A stretch of DNA of 59,716 bases. Origin: Nitrospirota bacterium. Its GTDB lineage: Bacteria > JACPQY01. The notes under the pieces are model-generated. The model was not told the DNA's origin, searched no databases, and worked only from the letters and a program-made list of their open reading frames with translations. The stretch covers positions 1-59,716 of the forward strand of contig JACPAV010000022.1 in assembly GCA_016180645.1 (NCBI GenBank), given 5' to 3'. The position numbers were made by a program, and so were the translations under genes. Below are positions 9,864 through 19,036 of the stretch, in pieces. Each line of letters begins with the position of its first letter. The stretch's first letter is position 1.

Positions 9864-10652
9864 ATGAAGAACGTCGTTGCCCTACTTGCGGTTGTTTTCT
9901 CCTTGGCCTCGTCGGGAAGTCCGGCGGGCGCATCGGAAGATTCCCCCTATCTCTATCACCCAGGAGAGACCCTCGGCCGCGGTGCCGCAGTCTTGGAAAG
10001 CGAAACCGCCATCGGGACCCGTGAGTCTCGTCCCTTCGGCGAAGAGGGTGTCGAGCAAGGCGTCCGGGTCCGATACGGCGCGTTGACTCCTCTCACTCTC
10101 GAAGCATGGGGCGCTACATTGTTCAACGGCTCAGGCCTCGATCATGCGGCGTGGGCCGTGGAATCCCGCCTCCGCCTGCTGGACCAAGGCCAGGCGCCAA
10201 TGAGTCTCCAGCTCGGCGCCGGATGGCTTCAAGACTTTCAGGGGGTGTCCGTTCCACGGCTCCGGCTCACCGGAAGCCGATCCCTGGACGGACTGGACCT
10301 TCGCGCCACCTCGCTTGCGGAGATTCCCACGGGAGTCGCCGGGAGAGATGCCGTGGACCTCATCATCGGCGTGGCCGGTTCGACGGCAATGGCTTCCCAC
10401 CTGCGGCTCGGGGCTGAAATCCTGGGAGAGGACTTGGAGGGCCTCTGGGACGAAGAGGAGGCCGAAGGAGGAGCCAAACTTCTCGCGGGACCGACCGTGG
10501 ACTCAGCCCTTTCGCCACGGCTCGCCCTCAAGTTGAATGCCTCGGCCTACTATCCGGTGACCCGCAATACACCAACCCGCGTGCAACCGGGCATCGATGC
10601 CTCTTCCGGCCCCGGCTTTCTCGGCCGACTTGCCGTCAGCTATGCTTTCTGA
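9864..10652 (+). CDS. Secreted, probable outer-membrane beta-barrel protein of unknown function
   Basis: SD GGAGG; signal peptide; alternating beta-strand pattern; C-terminal YAF. Confidence 0.7.
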   Translation: MKNVVALLAVVFSLASSGSPAGASEDSPYLYHPGETLGRGAAVLESETAIGTRESRPFGEEGVEQGVRVRYGALTPLTLEAWGATLFNGSGLDHAAWAVESRLRLLDQGQAPMSLQLGAGWLQDFQGVSVPRLRLTGSRSLDGLDLRATSLAEIPTGVAGRDAVDLIIGVAGSTAMASHLRLGAEILGEDLEGLWDEEEAEGGAKLLAGPTVDSALSPRLALKLNASAYYPVTRNTPTRVQPGIDASSGPGFLGRLAVSYAF

Positions 10653-10653
10653 C

Positions 10654-10758
10654 GAGATGGCTTCGCAGTCGGCCCAAGGACCGACCCGCTCGCAATGACA
10701 ACGCGGCTGTCATTGCGAAGGATATCCTCGCCGACAGGCGGGGATCCCGTGGCCATCT
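10654..10758. repeat. GTCATTGCGA/TCGCAATGAC palindromic repeat (copy 1)
   Basis: GAGATGGCTTCG...CTCGCAATGACA-N6-TGTCATTGCGA...GGCCATCT; related to 39338-39413. Confidence 0.65.
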
Positions 10759-12377
10759 TCCCCCGTGGATCCCGCCCCTCTTTTGGCATCGTTTTCACCT
10801 GCCTGGTTGCAGTCGCGTTTCTCTCTTGCGAATCTACTGAATCTCCGAGGCCCTCGATCGACCGCGGCCTGCAATACCTCGCCGAAAACCTCCCCCAGTA
10901 TGCGGACGAAGAATTCGGCGCGGTCATCGCGGAGAACCCTTCCGCCACCGAGGCCCGACTAGGGCTCGGTCTTTCCCGCGTTCAGGGTATCTTCCACCTC
11001 GTCGATTGGGTCCTATCCATCGCCGGCCAGAACGGAACGTACCCCAAGTCTGCTCCCCCGCTCCTGCTCTCTCCTGAACGGCCCGCCCCGGTTCAGGATG
11101 AAAATGTTTTCGTCCACGACCTCCTCGACAAGGTCCTCTCGGACATTCTCAAGCTTACGCAGGAAGCCAATGAGGGATTCGCGGCGGCATCCGGCTCCCC
11201 GACCTTCAAGCTCGTGATTCCAGCCGCCCCGCTCACAATCCGGGAGCGCACAGTGATGGATCTCGGTGGCACATGGACGTCCAACGACGCCCGACTCCTA
11301 AGCTCCCTCGGTCATTTCGTCGAGGCAACCCTCTACCTGCTCCTGTCCCAGGACACCCAATCCGACTACTTCGGAATATTTGCCCACGCCAAGCCGCTCC
11401 TGCTGAGCGGTGGCCTCGATCCGGGGGATCTCACCGGAGGAACGGGGACGGCGACCCTGATGAATGTCTTGGCCTTCGCCCTTACCCATCCGCAGTACCC
11501 CAACTTTTTCCGTCCGAGCACGCTCGACCTCGACGGCAACGGCAAAGCGGACGGTCAGGAGTTTCCCCAAAGAGCGCGGTCCCTCTACGCCTCGGCCTAC
11601 AGCGACCTGTCCGCCGCTCTCGATGCCGTTCGCCAATCGCCCGGCGCCGAAAGCGCATGCCGTTTCAGAAGTTCATCTGGAAAATCGGGGAAGATCGAGT
11701 GCGGGAACGCCGAGAAACCCCTCTCCATCCCGATATCCAGTTCATTTGCCGCCTCGGTCGCGAGTCTGACAGGCCATCTCCAGAAACACGATCCCGCGGT
11801 CCTGTCCCTGAAGAACGATTTCGTATCCCCCTTGGCGGTTCTTGTTTCGGCGATCCTTCAATCCGGCCTCATCGACATACCGACGCTCTCCGCTCTAGGC
11901 TCCAATCCGGATCTCATCGAAGCCGCCATCCGGGGATTCGTTGCCATCGACATCGGGCTGGACTTCTACACGTTCTTCGACACGCCGTTCGCGCTGCGAG
12001 ACGTCTTCCCCGCTGTGAGGACCGATCTTGAGGCGCGCGAGATGAATTTCTTATTTGAGTGGGAATGCGCCGGCGTCAATCAGCTCGCCGCCCCGTTGGG
12101 GAGCACCAGCGCGTATCCCAAGGGTGGACTCACTTGCCCGGAAGACGCCGCCTTGGTCGACTCCGCGCACTTCACCGATACCCTTTTCGCTTCCCTCGGA
12201 ATTTCCTCCATCAACAAGGACGATACCGCCAGTCGATTTCCCTACATACCCTTCAAGGACTCCACGTTCAACGGCCTCCTCTACCTGGAGAAGGACGGCC
12301 AACTCCAGAAATCCACCCTCCAGTCCCTCAACGACCTCATCACCACCCTCGGCGGCCTCCTCTCCTCCGCGCTGTAG
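10749..12377 (+). CDS. Hypothetical lipoprotein
   Basis: Lipobox VAFLSC after a GTG start at 10749 (ORF track gives 10695); DLDGNGKAD Ca-binding-like motif. Confidence 0.7.
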   Translation: MAIFPRGSRPSFGIVFTCLVAVAFLSCESTESPRPSIDRGLQYLAENLPQYADEEFGAVIAENPSATEARLGLGLSRVQGIFHLVDWVLSIAGQNGTYPKSAPPLLLSPERPAPVQDENVFVHDLLDKVLSDILKLTQEANEGFAAASGSPTFKLVIPAAPLTIRERTVMDLGGTWTSNDARLLSSLGHFVEATLYLLLSQDTQSDYFGIFAHAKPLLLSGGLDPGDLTGGTGTATLMNVLAFALTHPQYPNFFRPSTLDLDGNGKADGQEFPQRARSLYASAYSDLSAALDAVRQSPGAESACRFRSSSGKSGKIECGNAEKPLSIPISSSFAASVASLTGHLQKHDPAVLSLKNDFVSPLAVLVSAILQSGLIDIPTLSALGSNPDLIEAAIRGFVAIDIGLDFYTFFDTPFALRDVFPAVRTDLEAREMNFLFEWECAGVNQLAAPLGSTSAYPKGGLTCPEDAALVDSAHFTDTLFASLGISSINKDDTASRFPYIPFKDSTFNGLLYLEKDGQLQKSTLQSLNDLITTLGGLLSSAL

Positions 12378-12397
12378 ATCGCCTCAGCGGCTCTGGA

Positions 12398-12518
12398 CTC
12401 AGTTTGAAAACGCGCTGGACCGGTAGCCGCAGGCTTCAGCCTGCGTCCGAGGACGCACCCATAAAGGGTGCGACTCCCAAGACATCCCTCCCCGCAACGA
12501 TGGGGTTTTCAAACAGAG
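12398..12518. mobile_element. MITE-like element with 14-bp terminal inverted repeats enclosing GTAG REP-like copy 3 (12423-12478)
   Basis: CTCAGTTTGAAAAC (12398-12411) and GTTTTCAAACAGAG (12505-12518), 13/14 complementary; located between convergent genes. Confidence 0.55.
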
Positions 12519-12519
12519 C

Positions 12520-14007
12520 CTAGGACAGCAATCCGTTCAGCCGGTCCTGAATGACCGCGTCAGCGCACTCAAGCCCGCTCTGCGCGGCGAGTTCCGTGCC
12601 GATGCCGCGACCGCCCGCGCCGTCGCCGCAGAAATAGAGTCCTCGGATCGGTGTCCGCACGGGTGGTCGGCGCTTCCCAACCTGACCCACTCTCTGACCT
12701 GTACTGATCGCCGGGCCGTACTGCTTGCCAATCCATCGCTCGATGAACCGAACGTCGAACGTCTGGACCCACTCGATGTGCGGCACGATCTCCGGCGCCA
12801 TCGCCTTGATCGTCTCCACCATGTTGGCCGTCCATTCCTTCGGACCGTTCTCCAGTGTCACGTCCGTGGTCGGCGCCACCGCACACGCCGTAATGAGTTG
12901 CTTGCCTTTCGGTCCCAGCTGCGGGTCGAAGTTGGTCGGGATCGGAGCGTATATGGGCGTGGCCGCAGGCAACTGCCCTTTCTGCACCTGGCCGTACACA
13001 CGTTTGAGATCGTCCACCTTCATCGTGCGAATCGTCATCTCGTCGCTCCATCCTCCAATCAGACACCCGGCCTTCAACACGGGACGGTCCAGGATGATCT
13101 TGGCCTGCACGGCGATGGAGCTCCCTCGAATCTCCTTTACACGACGAACGTACTCACGTGGAAAATGTTTCTCTCCCGCCAGGCCGAGAACGCTCGTCCG
13201 CAGGCTTGAAGTGCTGATCACGATGGGCGCGCAGAAGTCCCGACCGTCCCGTGCGACGACTCCCGTGACCCGGCCGTGAGAATTCAGCCTGATCCTCTCA
13301 ACCCCGCAGTGAGTCACGACTTCAGCCCCGTGTCCCCTCGCCGCTTCCAGGAGCGCGCGGGGAACCGCCACCGATCCGCCGATCGGATAGCTGAGGCGGT
13401 TGTCCCACACCATCCGCTGAAAGCACCAGATCCCTTCTCCCGCGCTGACCTCTTCCAGCGGGAGCACAAAATAGAGCCCCAATAGGAAACCGAAGGCGGC
13501 GACGAGGCGCGGATCGCGCGTGTAGCGCAGGACGAAATCCATCATCGGTACATCGTCCAAAGCCTCGATCTCGTGCGGCCGCAGCCGCATCACGGCGGTG
13601 AAGAAGCGAACGATCGGCGGCACTTCCCACGGTTTCAGCCTCACCTGATACGCCGCGCGGAGGAGCGCCGCGGGCCAGCGGTGGGGGTCCCTGGGAAACG
13701 TGAGATCCAGCCCCGGCCCACGGGCCAGGACCATTTCCCGCGTTTGGACGAACCGAACCCTCTTCTTCACACCGGCGCGGCGCTGAGCCTCGCCCAACGG
13801 ACCCCGATGGCCGCGGGAAAAGAGATGGGTACCGATATCGATGTGAAACCCCCGCTTCTCATAGTAGCTGCAACTGCCGCCGATCCGCGGATTTTTCTCA
13901 AGGATCAATACACGGAGGCCGGCCGCCGCGAGCGCCGATCCGACGGCGCAACCGCCGAGGCCCGTCCCAATGACGATGGCATCGTACTTCGAAGGGCTGT
14001 TTCTCAT
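12520..14007 (-). CDS. Phytoene desaturase (CrtI)-family FAD-dependent oxidoreductase
   Basis: YDAIVIGTGLGG...ILEKNPRIGG dinucleotide fold; C-terminal TPIRGLYFCGDGAGGRGIG. ATGA overlap with the upstream gene fixes the start at 14007. Confidence 0.88.
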   Translation of the reverse strand: MRNSPSKYDAIVIGTGLGGCAVGSALAAAGLRVLILEKNPRIGGSCSYYEKRGFHIDIGTHLFSRGHRGPLGEAQRRAGVKKRVRFVQTREMVLARGPGLDLTFPRDPHRWPAALLRAAYQVRLKPWEVPPIVRFFTAVMRLRPHEIEALDDVPMMDFVLRYTRDPRLVAAFGFLLGLYFVLPLEEVSAGEGIWCFQRMVWDNRLSYPIGGSVAVPRALLEAARGHGAEVVTHCGVERIRLNSHGRVTGVVARDGRDFCAPIVISTSSLRTSVLGLAGEKHFPREYVRRVKEIRGSSIAVQAKIILDRPVLKAGCLIGGWSDEMTIRTMKVDDLKRVYGQVQKGQLPAATPIYAPIPTNFDPQLGPKGKQLITACAVAPTTDVTLENGPKEWTANMVETIKAMAPEIVPHIEWVQTFDVRFIERWIGKQYGPAISTGQRVGQVGKRRPPVRTPIRGLYFCGDGAGGRGIGTELAAQSGLECADAVIQDRLNGLLS

Positions 14008-15500
14008 CGAGGCCCGAGATCCTTGAGGATCATTTCCGCCACGTTGAATCCGGAATCCACCGCCTGCGTCGTCCCAATCCCGCGGCCACCCGCATCGCAC
14101 CCTACAAAATAAAGCCCCTTGAGCGGCGATCGCGGATTCGGCTTGGAGCGCCCGCACTGCCCGATGATCTGCCCCAGCCCGATGCACTCGCCCCCCTGAC
14201 CGGCGAGGACCGCATCGCGCGTCGTGGCCGAAACCTGAGCTGCGCCAAAACTCTGACTGCGGATGACATGCTTTCTCAGATGCGGCCACAAACGGTCCGC
14301 CATCTCCTCCGCCTTGGCGATGGCCACCCGGCTCATCGGTGATCGGGGATCCGGGGACGATAGAACTCCAATCAAGGCCACTTGACGTATTCGCCCTGAC
14401 ACAAGCGACGGATCGTAAAGCGAAGGGACCGTTACGAACAGAAGCGGATTCCTCGGCCAGTTTCCCCGTTCCGCTTCCGCAAACCGATTCGTATCCCACC
14501 CACTCTCGGGCGAGAACACCACCGTCATGGGAACTTTGAATACCGGCGTGTCAAGATCATACCGGATCCCCACAAACGCCCATGAAGGAGCAAGCTCCTT
14601 GATCCGCTCAACGTAATCCTCCAGGAAGGCCGGCTCGCCGGCAAGCCGGAGCACGGTGGGCTGGATGCCCGCGTTGGATACCACCACGGGCGCGTGGAAC
14701 TCACCGCCGCTGGTGGACACCCCGTACGCCGCGCCATCCCGCCTCAGGATGCGCTCGACCCGCGTCCCCCCCAACCACTGCCCTTCCCGGGCCTGGATAA
14801 ACCGCGCCGCCTCTTCCGCAATCACTCCGTATCCTCCGCGGTGATAACGGCCCGCCCCGCCCTTTGAAATCTCACGCAGCGTCCGAATCGCCTCCGAGGC
14901 CGGCAGCCGATCCACCGGAACCACGAAAAACAAGTTCATCAGGCTCGCCATCCAGTCGAAGATCGGTTGCGGAAGGCGGAAGCGTTTCATCCAATCCAGC
15001 ATCGGAACTCCATCGAAACGATCCAACATGATCGGCGGCATCGCGCTCGAAACGGCGTTCATGGCCATTATTCCGCCGAGTTGCCACGCGCGAACCCCCA
15101 GCCTCGAAGCCATCCGGATCATCTCCAAAGGGTTGCGGATGGGCCGGGCGGGAACGACCAAACTCCGCCGTTTCCCGTCAGGCGCCAAATACACAAACTC
15201 CGCCGCCGGATCGGGGGCGAGGAGAACGGACGGGTCCAAGCCGATCAAGCTCAGGAGATCATGAAAACGCGAATGGAGAGAGGGTCCGCCCGCAATCGGC
15301 CAAAGCTCGTGGACAACACCTCCGCGAACAACCCGCATGGCTTTTCCACCCGGCCTGGAGTTCTTCTCGATCACGAGGACACGCCTTCCCCGGCTTGCCA
15401 GAACAGCCCCCACCGTCACACCGCCATAGCCCGCGCCGATGACAATGGCATCGAAACGATGCGGTCCGGAGCCAGGCTCAAGCCGCAAGCGAGCGGTCAT
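14004..15500 (-). CDS. Phytoene desaturase (CrtI)-family FAD-dependent oxidoreductase, paralog of the downstream gene
   Basis: FDAIVIGAGYGG...EKNSRPGG; SPLKGLYFVGCDAGGRGIG. TGATG overlap fixes the start at 15500. Confidence 0.88.
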   Translation of the reverse strand: MTARLRLEPGSGPHRFDAIVIGAGYGGVTVGAVLASRGRRVLVIEKNSRPGGKAMRVVRGGVVHELWPIAGGPSLHSRFHDLLSLIGLDPSVLLAPDPAAEFVYLAPDGKRRSLVVPARPIRNPLEMIRMASRLGVRAWQLGGIMAMNAVSSAMPPIMLDRFDGVPMLDWMKRFRLPQPIFDWMASLMNLFFVVPVDRLPASEAIRTLREISKGGAGRYHRGGYGVIAEEAARFIQAREGQWLGGTRVERILRRDGAAYGVSTSGGEFHAPVVVSNAGIQPTVLRLAGEPAFLEDYVERIKELAPSWAFVGIRYDLDTPVFKVPMTVVFSPESGWDTNRFAEAERGNWPRNPLLFVTVPSLYDPSLVSGRIRQVALIGVLSSPDPRSPMSRVAIAKAEEMADRLWPHLRKHVIRSQSFGAAQVSATTRDAVLAGQGGECIGLGQIIGQCGRSKPNPRSPLKGLYFVGCDAGGRGIGTTQAVDSGFNVAEMILKDLGPR

Positions 15501-17026
15501 CAGTTCAGAAAAGCTTGCCTCTTGTTGTCGCGCGATCTGAGCAGCGAGGCCACCGGATCGACGGGGAGAAGTCGGCCCATTCGGTTGATCATCCGTGCCA
15601 CACCCTGCAATTCGCGTTGATCGAGGTCCACTGAAAGCTTCTCCGGTCTCCCGATCTCCTTCAGGACGGCCTCCGCCGCCAGCCAGCCCGTTCGGCACGC
15701 GTTTTCCATGCACGAAGGCAGTCCCGTCTGGATCCAGTCGCCCGCGAGGAAGAGATTTCGTACCGGCGAGACGGTTCCCGGCCGCCGCTGCTCCATGCCG
15801 GGGTACGGGCAGTGGATGGCCATCGGAATGTGGTTGACCACCGAATGGAGAACCTTCGCCTGGGCCGCCTCGGGGAGATACTCGGCCAGCTCGCTCACCG
15901 CCTCCGCCACGATCTCCTCATCCGACATGTGCATCGCGCGGTCGCAATAAATACAGTTCGTCATGATCACGGAATTACGCTCCTCCCAGCCTCGGTTGAT
16001 GTTGGACATGTCGTAGAAATCGCAGTTGAGATCGTTCGGGTTGAAGGCGCGCGCCCAGAACTTTCTCTTCGTCAGCTTCCGGTCGAACCAGATGTACGTG
16101 CTGTAGTACGGGGAAGCGTGGAAATGGACCAGCTCATGGAAGGTCCTGCGCGAACGAATCCACTCGCGAGGCGAGACCTGCCGAAGAGCCATCGGGGTAA
16201 GGGCTGAAATGATGTACTGGGCCCGAATCTGCCGCCCATCCTCGAGAAGCGCGCCCGTGGCCGAGGAGGCCGTTCCCGTGAAAGCCTTCACTTCGGCTCC
16301 CTTGAGAACCCGGATGCCCGACTTTTTCATGAGCGACTCCGACTGCGGGACATAGAGATCGCTCAGCCCGGTGTCGGCGAATCCGATGTCGAGGTCCGCT
16401 ACACCGATCAGCCCGCAGTAGAAGCGGAGGAGAGCGCCCGCGGAGCAGAGATCGATCGGAACGTTCATGATCGCCATGCACGCGAAGGACCAGAACCGTT
16501 GGATGGCGTACTCCGAAACGCCGAAGCTGCGGAGAAAGGCAGAGGCGTTGATATTGTCGAGCTTCCGCACGTCGTCCTCCTGGAGATGGAGAGCGTAGAG
16601 CGAAACGGGAACCATCGTCATCACGTCGGACATCGGCATCGACTTGTCCGCGAGGAGACTCCATGTGAAATGGAATGGCGCGGGGAGGCGTCGGTCGGCG
16701 ACCATGCTGATCTCCTTCCGACCATCCACCATCGTGATGAAATGCCCCGGCTCCTGCCAGACCACGCGGTCACGCGTTCCGCACAGATCCATCATCCGAA
16801 ACATGTTGGGATACTTGTTCATGAAGATGTGCGGGCCGATGTGGACAGGGTCGCCCGTCTTCTTGTCGTTCCAACTGCGAGCGCGACCCCCGAGATGCGG
16901 CTCCTTCTCGACGAGGGTGATCTTGAGACCCGAATTCTTGAGCCCAAGAGCTGCCGTGATCCCGGCAAGCCCGCCGCCGACGATGAGGACATCCGTGCCT
17001 GTCGGCCGGCTGTTTTCCTTCGCCAT
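15500..17026 (-). CDS. HpnE/Pds-like flavin amine-oxidase-family oxidoreductase
   Basis: VLIVGGGLAGITAA...EKEPHLGGRARSW...HIGPHIF; NLFLAGDWIQTGLPSCMENACRTG; SD AAGGAGG. Confidence 0.85.
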   Translation of the reverse strand: MAKENSRPTGTDVLIVGGGLAGITAALGLKNSGLKITLVEKEPHLGGRARSWNDKKTGDPVHIGPHIFMNKYPNMFRMMDLCGTRDRVVWQEPGHFITMVDGRKEISMVADRRLPAPFHFTWSLLADKSMPMSDVMTMVPVSLYALHLQEDDVRKLDNINASAFLRSFGVSEYAIQRFWSFACMAIMNVPIDLCSAGALLRFYCGLIGVADLDIGFADTGLSDLYVPQSESLMKKSGIRVLKGAEVKAFTGTASSATGALLEDGRQIRAQYIISALTPMALRQVSPREWIRSRRTFHELVHFHASPYYSTYIWFDRKLTKRKFWARAFNPNDLNCDFYDMSNINRGWEERNSVIMTNCIYCDRAMHMSDEEIVAEAVSELAEYLPEAAQAKVLHSVVNHIPMAIHCPYPGMEQRRPGTVSPVRNLFLAGDWIQTGLPSCMENACRTGWLAAEAVLKEIGRPEKLSVDLDQRELQGVARMINRMGRLLPVDPVASLLRSRDNKRQAFLN

Positions 17027-17199
17027 GTTTACCTCCTTGCCAATATGCGGAGCTTCAAATCATGCTGTCCAACTGTTTAGTTAACTCATTCTCAAACCCA
17101 AGTCAAATGCATAGTCAAGGATAGCCCACATCAAACTCATGCGGAGAGCAACAGGCTACGCCTCCGCGCCACCGATGCCCCTCTCCGATGGACCGGGAA

Positions 17200-18909
17200 C
17201 TAGTGCCCGGCGAGGCCCGGTATGAGTCTTTCAATCAACTTCGGAACTTGGCTGCGATCTTTTGAGGACTGTCCCGTCGACCGTTTGCTCCTCCATGAAA
17301 CAAGTTTCACGATGCACCAGTATTCGAAATCGAAGAAGCCAAAAAACGTCGGGCTGGCGGTCCTGATCCCTTTCTTCCATCGCCACTCGATAATCATTTC
17401 GAAGGGCAGGATGAACAGCCGCCACCAACCGGGGAAATTCTGATGCGTCTTGTGGAACCGATTGTGATGGAAGCCGGCAACGAAATAGATGTTGTTGATC
17501 CACCTGGGGAGCTTGGGGTTGTAGGCGGCGGACATCTTCGTCCACTCCCCCATGGAATTCGGCAGGGGCCATCCGTTCTCTTTCGCGCGCTCGAACGCAA
17601 TCGTTCCCGGCAGCGGCATGAGCACGTAGACCGTCGCGCGGCTTCTTCCTCTCGGATGGAGGGCGCGAATTTCATCGGATACTCGCAGGGTGTCCATGAT
17701 CTGGGATGGAGTCTCGCCGGGATTCCCGATGATCCAGGTGTACACGCCCTCGATTCCATGCTTGGCCAGAAGCCTCGCCGCCACATAGTGGGCTTCAACC
17801 TTCTCGTTTTTTCGCATCGTCTTGAGGGTTTCGTCATTCCCCGATTCGGCGCCGATATGTATTCGCAGACAGCCCGTCTCGGCCAGTTTGGCGACCCGTT
17901 CCTCATTCTTGAGCTGATCGGAGCGGAGATGCAGATGGTACTTGACGCCTTTCCTCTTTAGATGCTCGGCGTATCGCCAATCCTTCAGGAACCAGGAGGA
18001 ATTTTCGTCTTCGAGTTCAATGAAATCGAACGACTGGACGTTGTAGATATCATCCAAATCCTTCTCCCATATCTCGTACGGAATGTACCGGTACACCGAC
18101 CTGGTTTTCCCGGTCTCCGGGTCCCACTGCGTGTATTGACCGCCAACCGAACAGAACTCGCATGAGGTGGGAGACCAGTTGCAGCCACGGGAACTTTGAA
18201 GGATGACTTCGTTTCGTCTTGCCGCCTCCCGAAACAGACGCTCTGTCTTCGGAGACATGACCGGCACGTACTCCTCCTTCAGGTTGAGCGCCAAACCCCT
18301 GCGATTCACCAGGATTCGGCCCCCTTCGTATTCATAGACCCCGTTCGGATCGTGAATCTCGATGATTTCCTTTTGCTGCCCGATGGGCCTCAATCGAAGT
18401 CCCGGCCTGTAGGAATCCTTGATTCCAAACCGTTCATCTTCCTCGGGTGATGGTTGATACCCCGCGCTTTCCCGTTTGTACGCGACGCCATCGATGTCTT
18501 TGTATCCCTTCCCGGCTTCGATGGCATGCAGAAGCTTTGGAAACCGCGCCTCCCCCTCTCCGATAACACAAAAGTCCACGTAGCTCTCTCGCATCGATTG
18601 GAGCGGTTGGAACGTGACGTGTACCCCTCCCCAGACAATGGGTTTCTCGGGAAACCTTTCCTTGCATCGGCCGGCGATCCGGATGGACTCACCGAGCTGA
18701 AATCCGGAGAGCGAGCTGAGGGCAACAACATCGGCCCTGCCCATGAGCTCCCACATCTGCTTCTCGCTGTCCAGGCGAGCATCCCAGAAATCCACCTCGT
18801 GACCGGCAATTTCCGCGGCGCGCCCCGGATAAATGATCGACAAAGCACAGTTCTTTTGGGGTGAGATCGGAGACGGCAATGGATAGATCATCGCCACTTT
18901 CAAGGACAT
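17200..18909 (-). CDS. Cobalamin-binding radical SAM protein (class B methyltransferase-like)
   Basis: B12 domain IVWGGVHVT...DFCVIGEGE; SSRGCNWSPTSCEFC; IGAESGNDETL; PLPGT. Start 18909 behind SD GGGAGG. Confidence 0.88.
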   Translation of the reverse strand: MSLKVAMIYPLPSPISPQKNCALSIIYPGRAAEIAGHEVDFWDARLDSEKQMWELMGRADVVALSSLSGFQLGESIRIAGRCKERFPEKPIVWGGVHVTFQPLQSMRESYVDFCVIGEGEARFPKLLHAIEAGKGYKDIDGVAYKRESAGYQPSPEEDERFGIKDSYRPGLRLRPIGQQKEIIEIHDPNGVYEYEGGRILVNRRGLALNLKEEYVPVMSPKTERLFREAARRNEVILQSSRGCNWSPTSCEFCSVGGQYTQWDPETGKTRSVYRYIPYEIWEKDLDDIYNVQSFDFIELEDENSSWFLKDWRYAEHLKRKGVKYHLHLRSDQLKNEERVAKLAETGCLRIHIGAESGNDETLKTMRKNEKVEAHYVAARLLAKHGIEGVYTWIIGNPGETPSQIMDTLRVSDEIRALHPRGRSRATVYVLMPLPGTIAFERAKENGWPLPNSMGEWTKMSAAYNPKLPRWINNIYFVAGFHHNRFHKTHQNFPGWWRLFILPFEMIIEWRWKKGIRTASPTFFGFFDFEYWCIVKLVSWRSKRSTGQSSKDRSQVPKLIERLIPGLAGH

Positions 18910-19036
18910 TCGAATCCTCCCTTTCTTGCGTGCTCGATTACCAACAGTGAATCTCCGCCATTCTACGTCTTTCGAGTCATGATGGAAAGTGAGGGTGCCC
19001 CGCGCGCCGCCTGGCCGGGCGGGACCCCGAAAGCCC

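Noticed and set aside
17067-17080. KstR-type sterol operator upstream of the desaturase operon
   Set aside because: AAC-N1-GTT spacing does not fit TnnAACnnGTTnnA.
12520-18909. Ladderane-type or complete hopanoid cluster
   Set aside because: The desaturase plus B12-rSAM pairing is suggestive, but no fab/ACP, hpnCD or shc genes are nearby.
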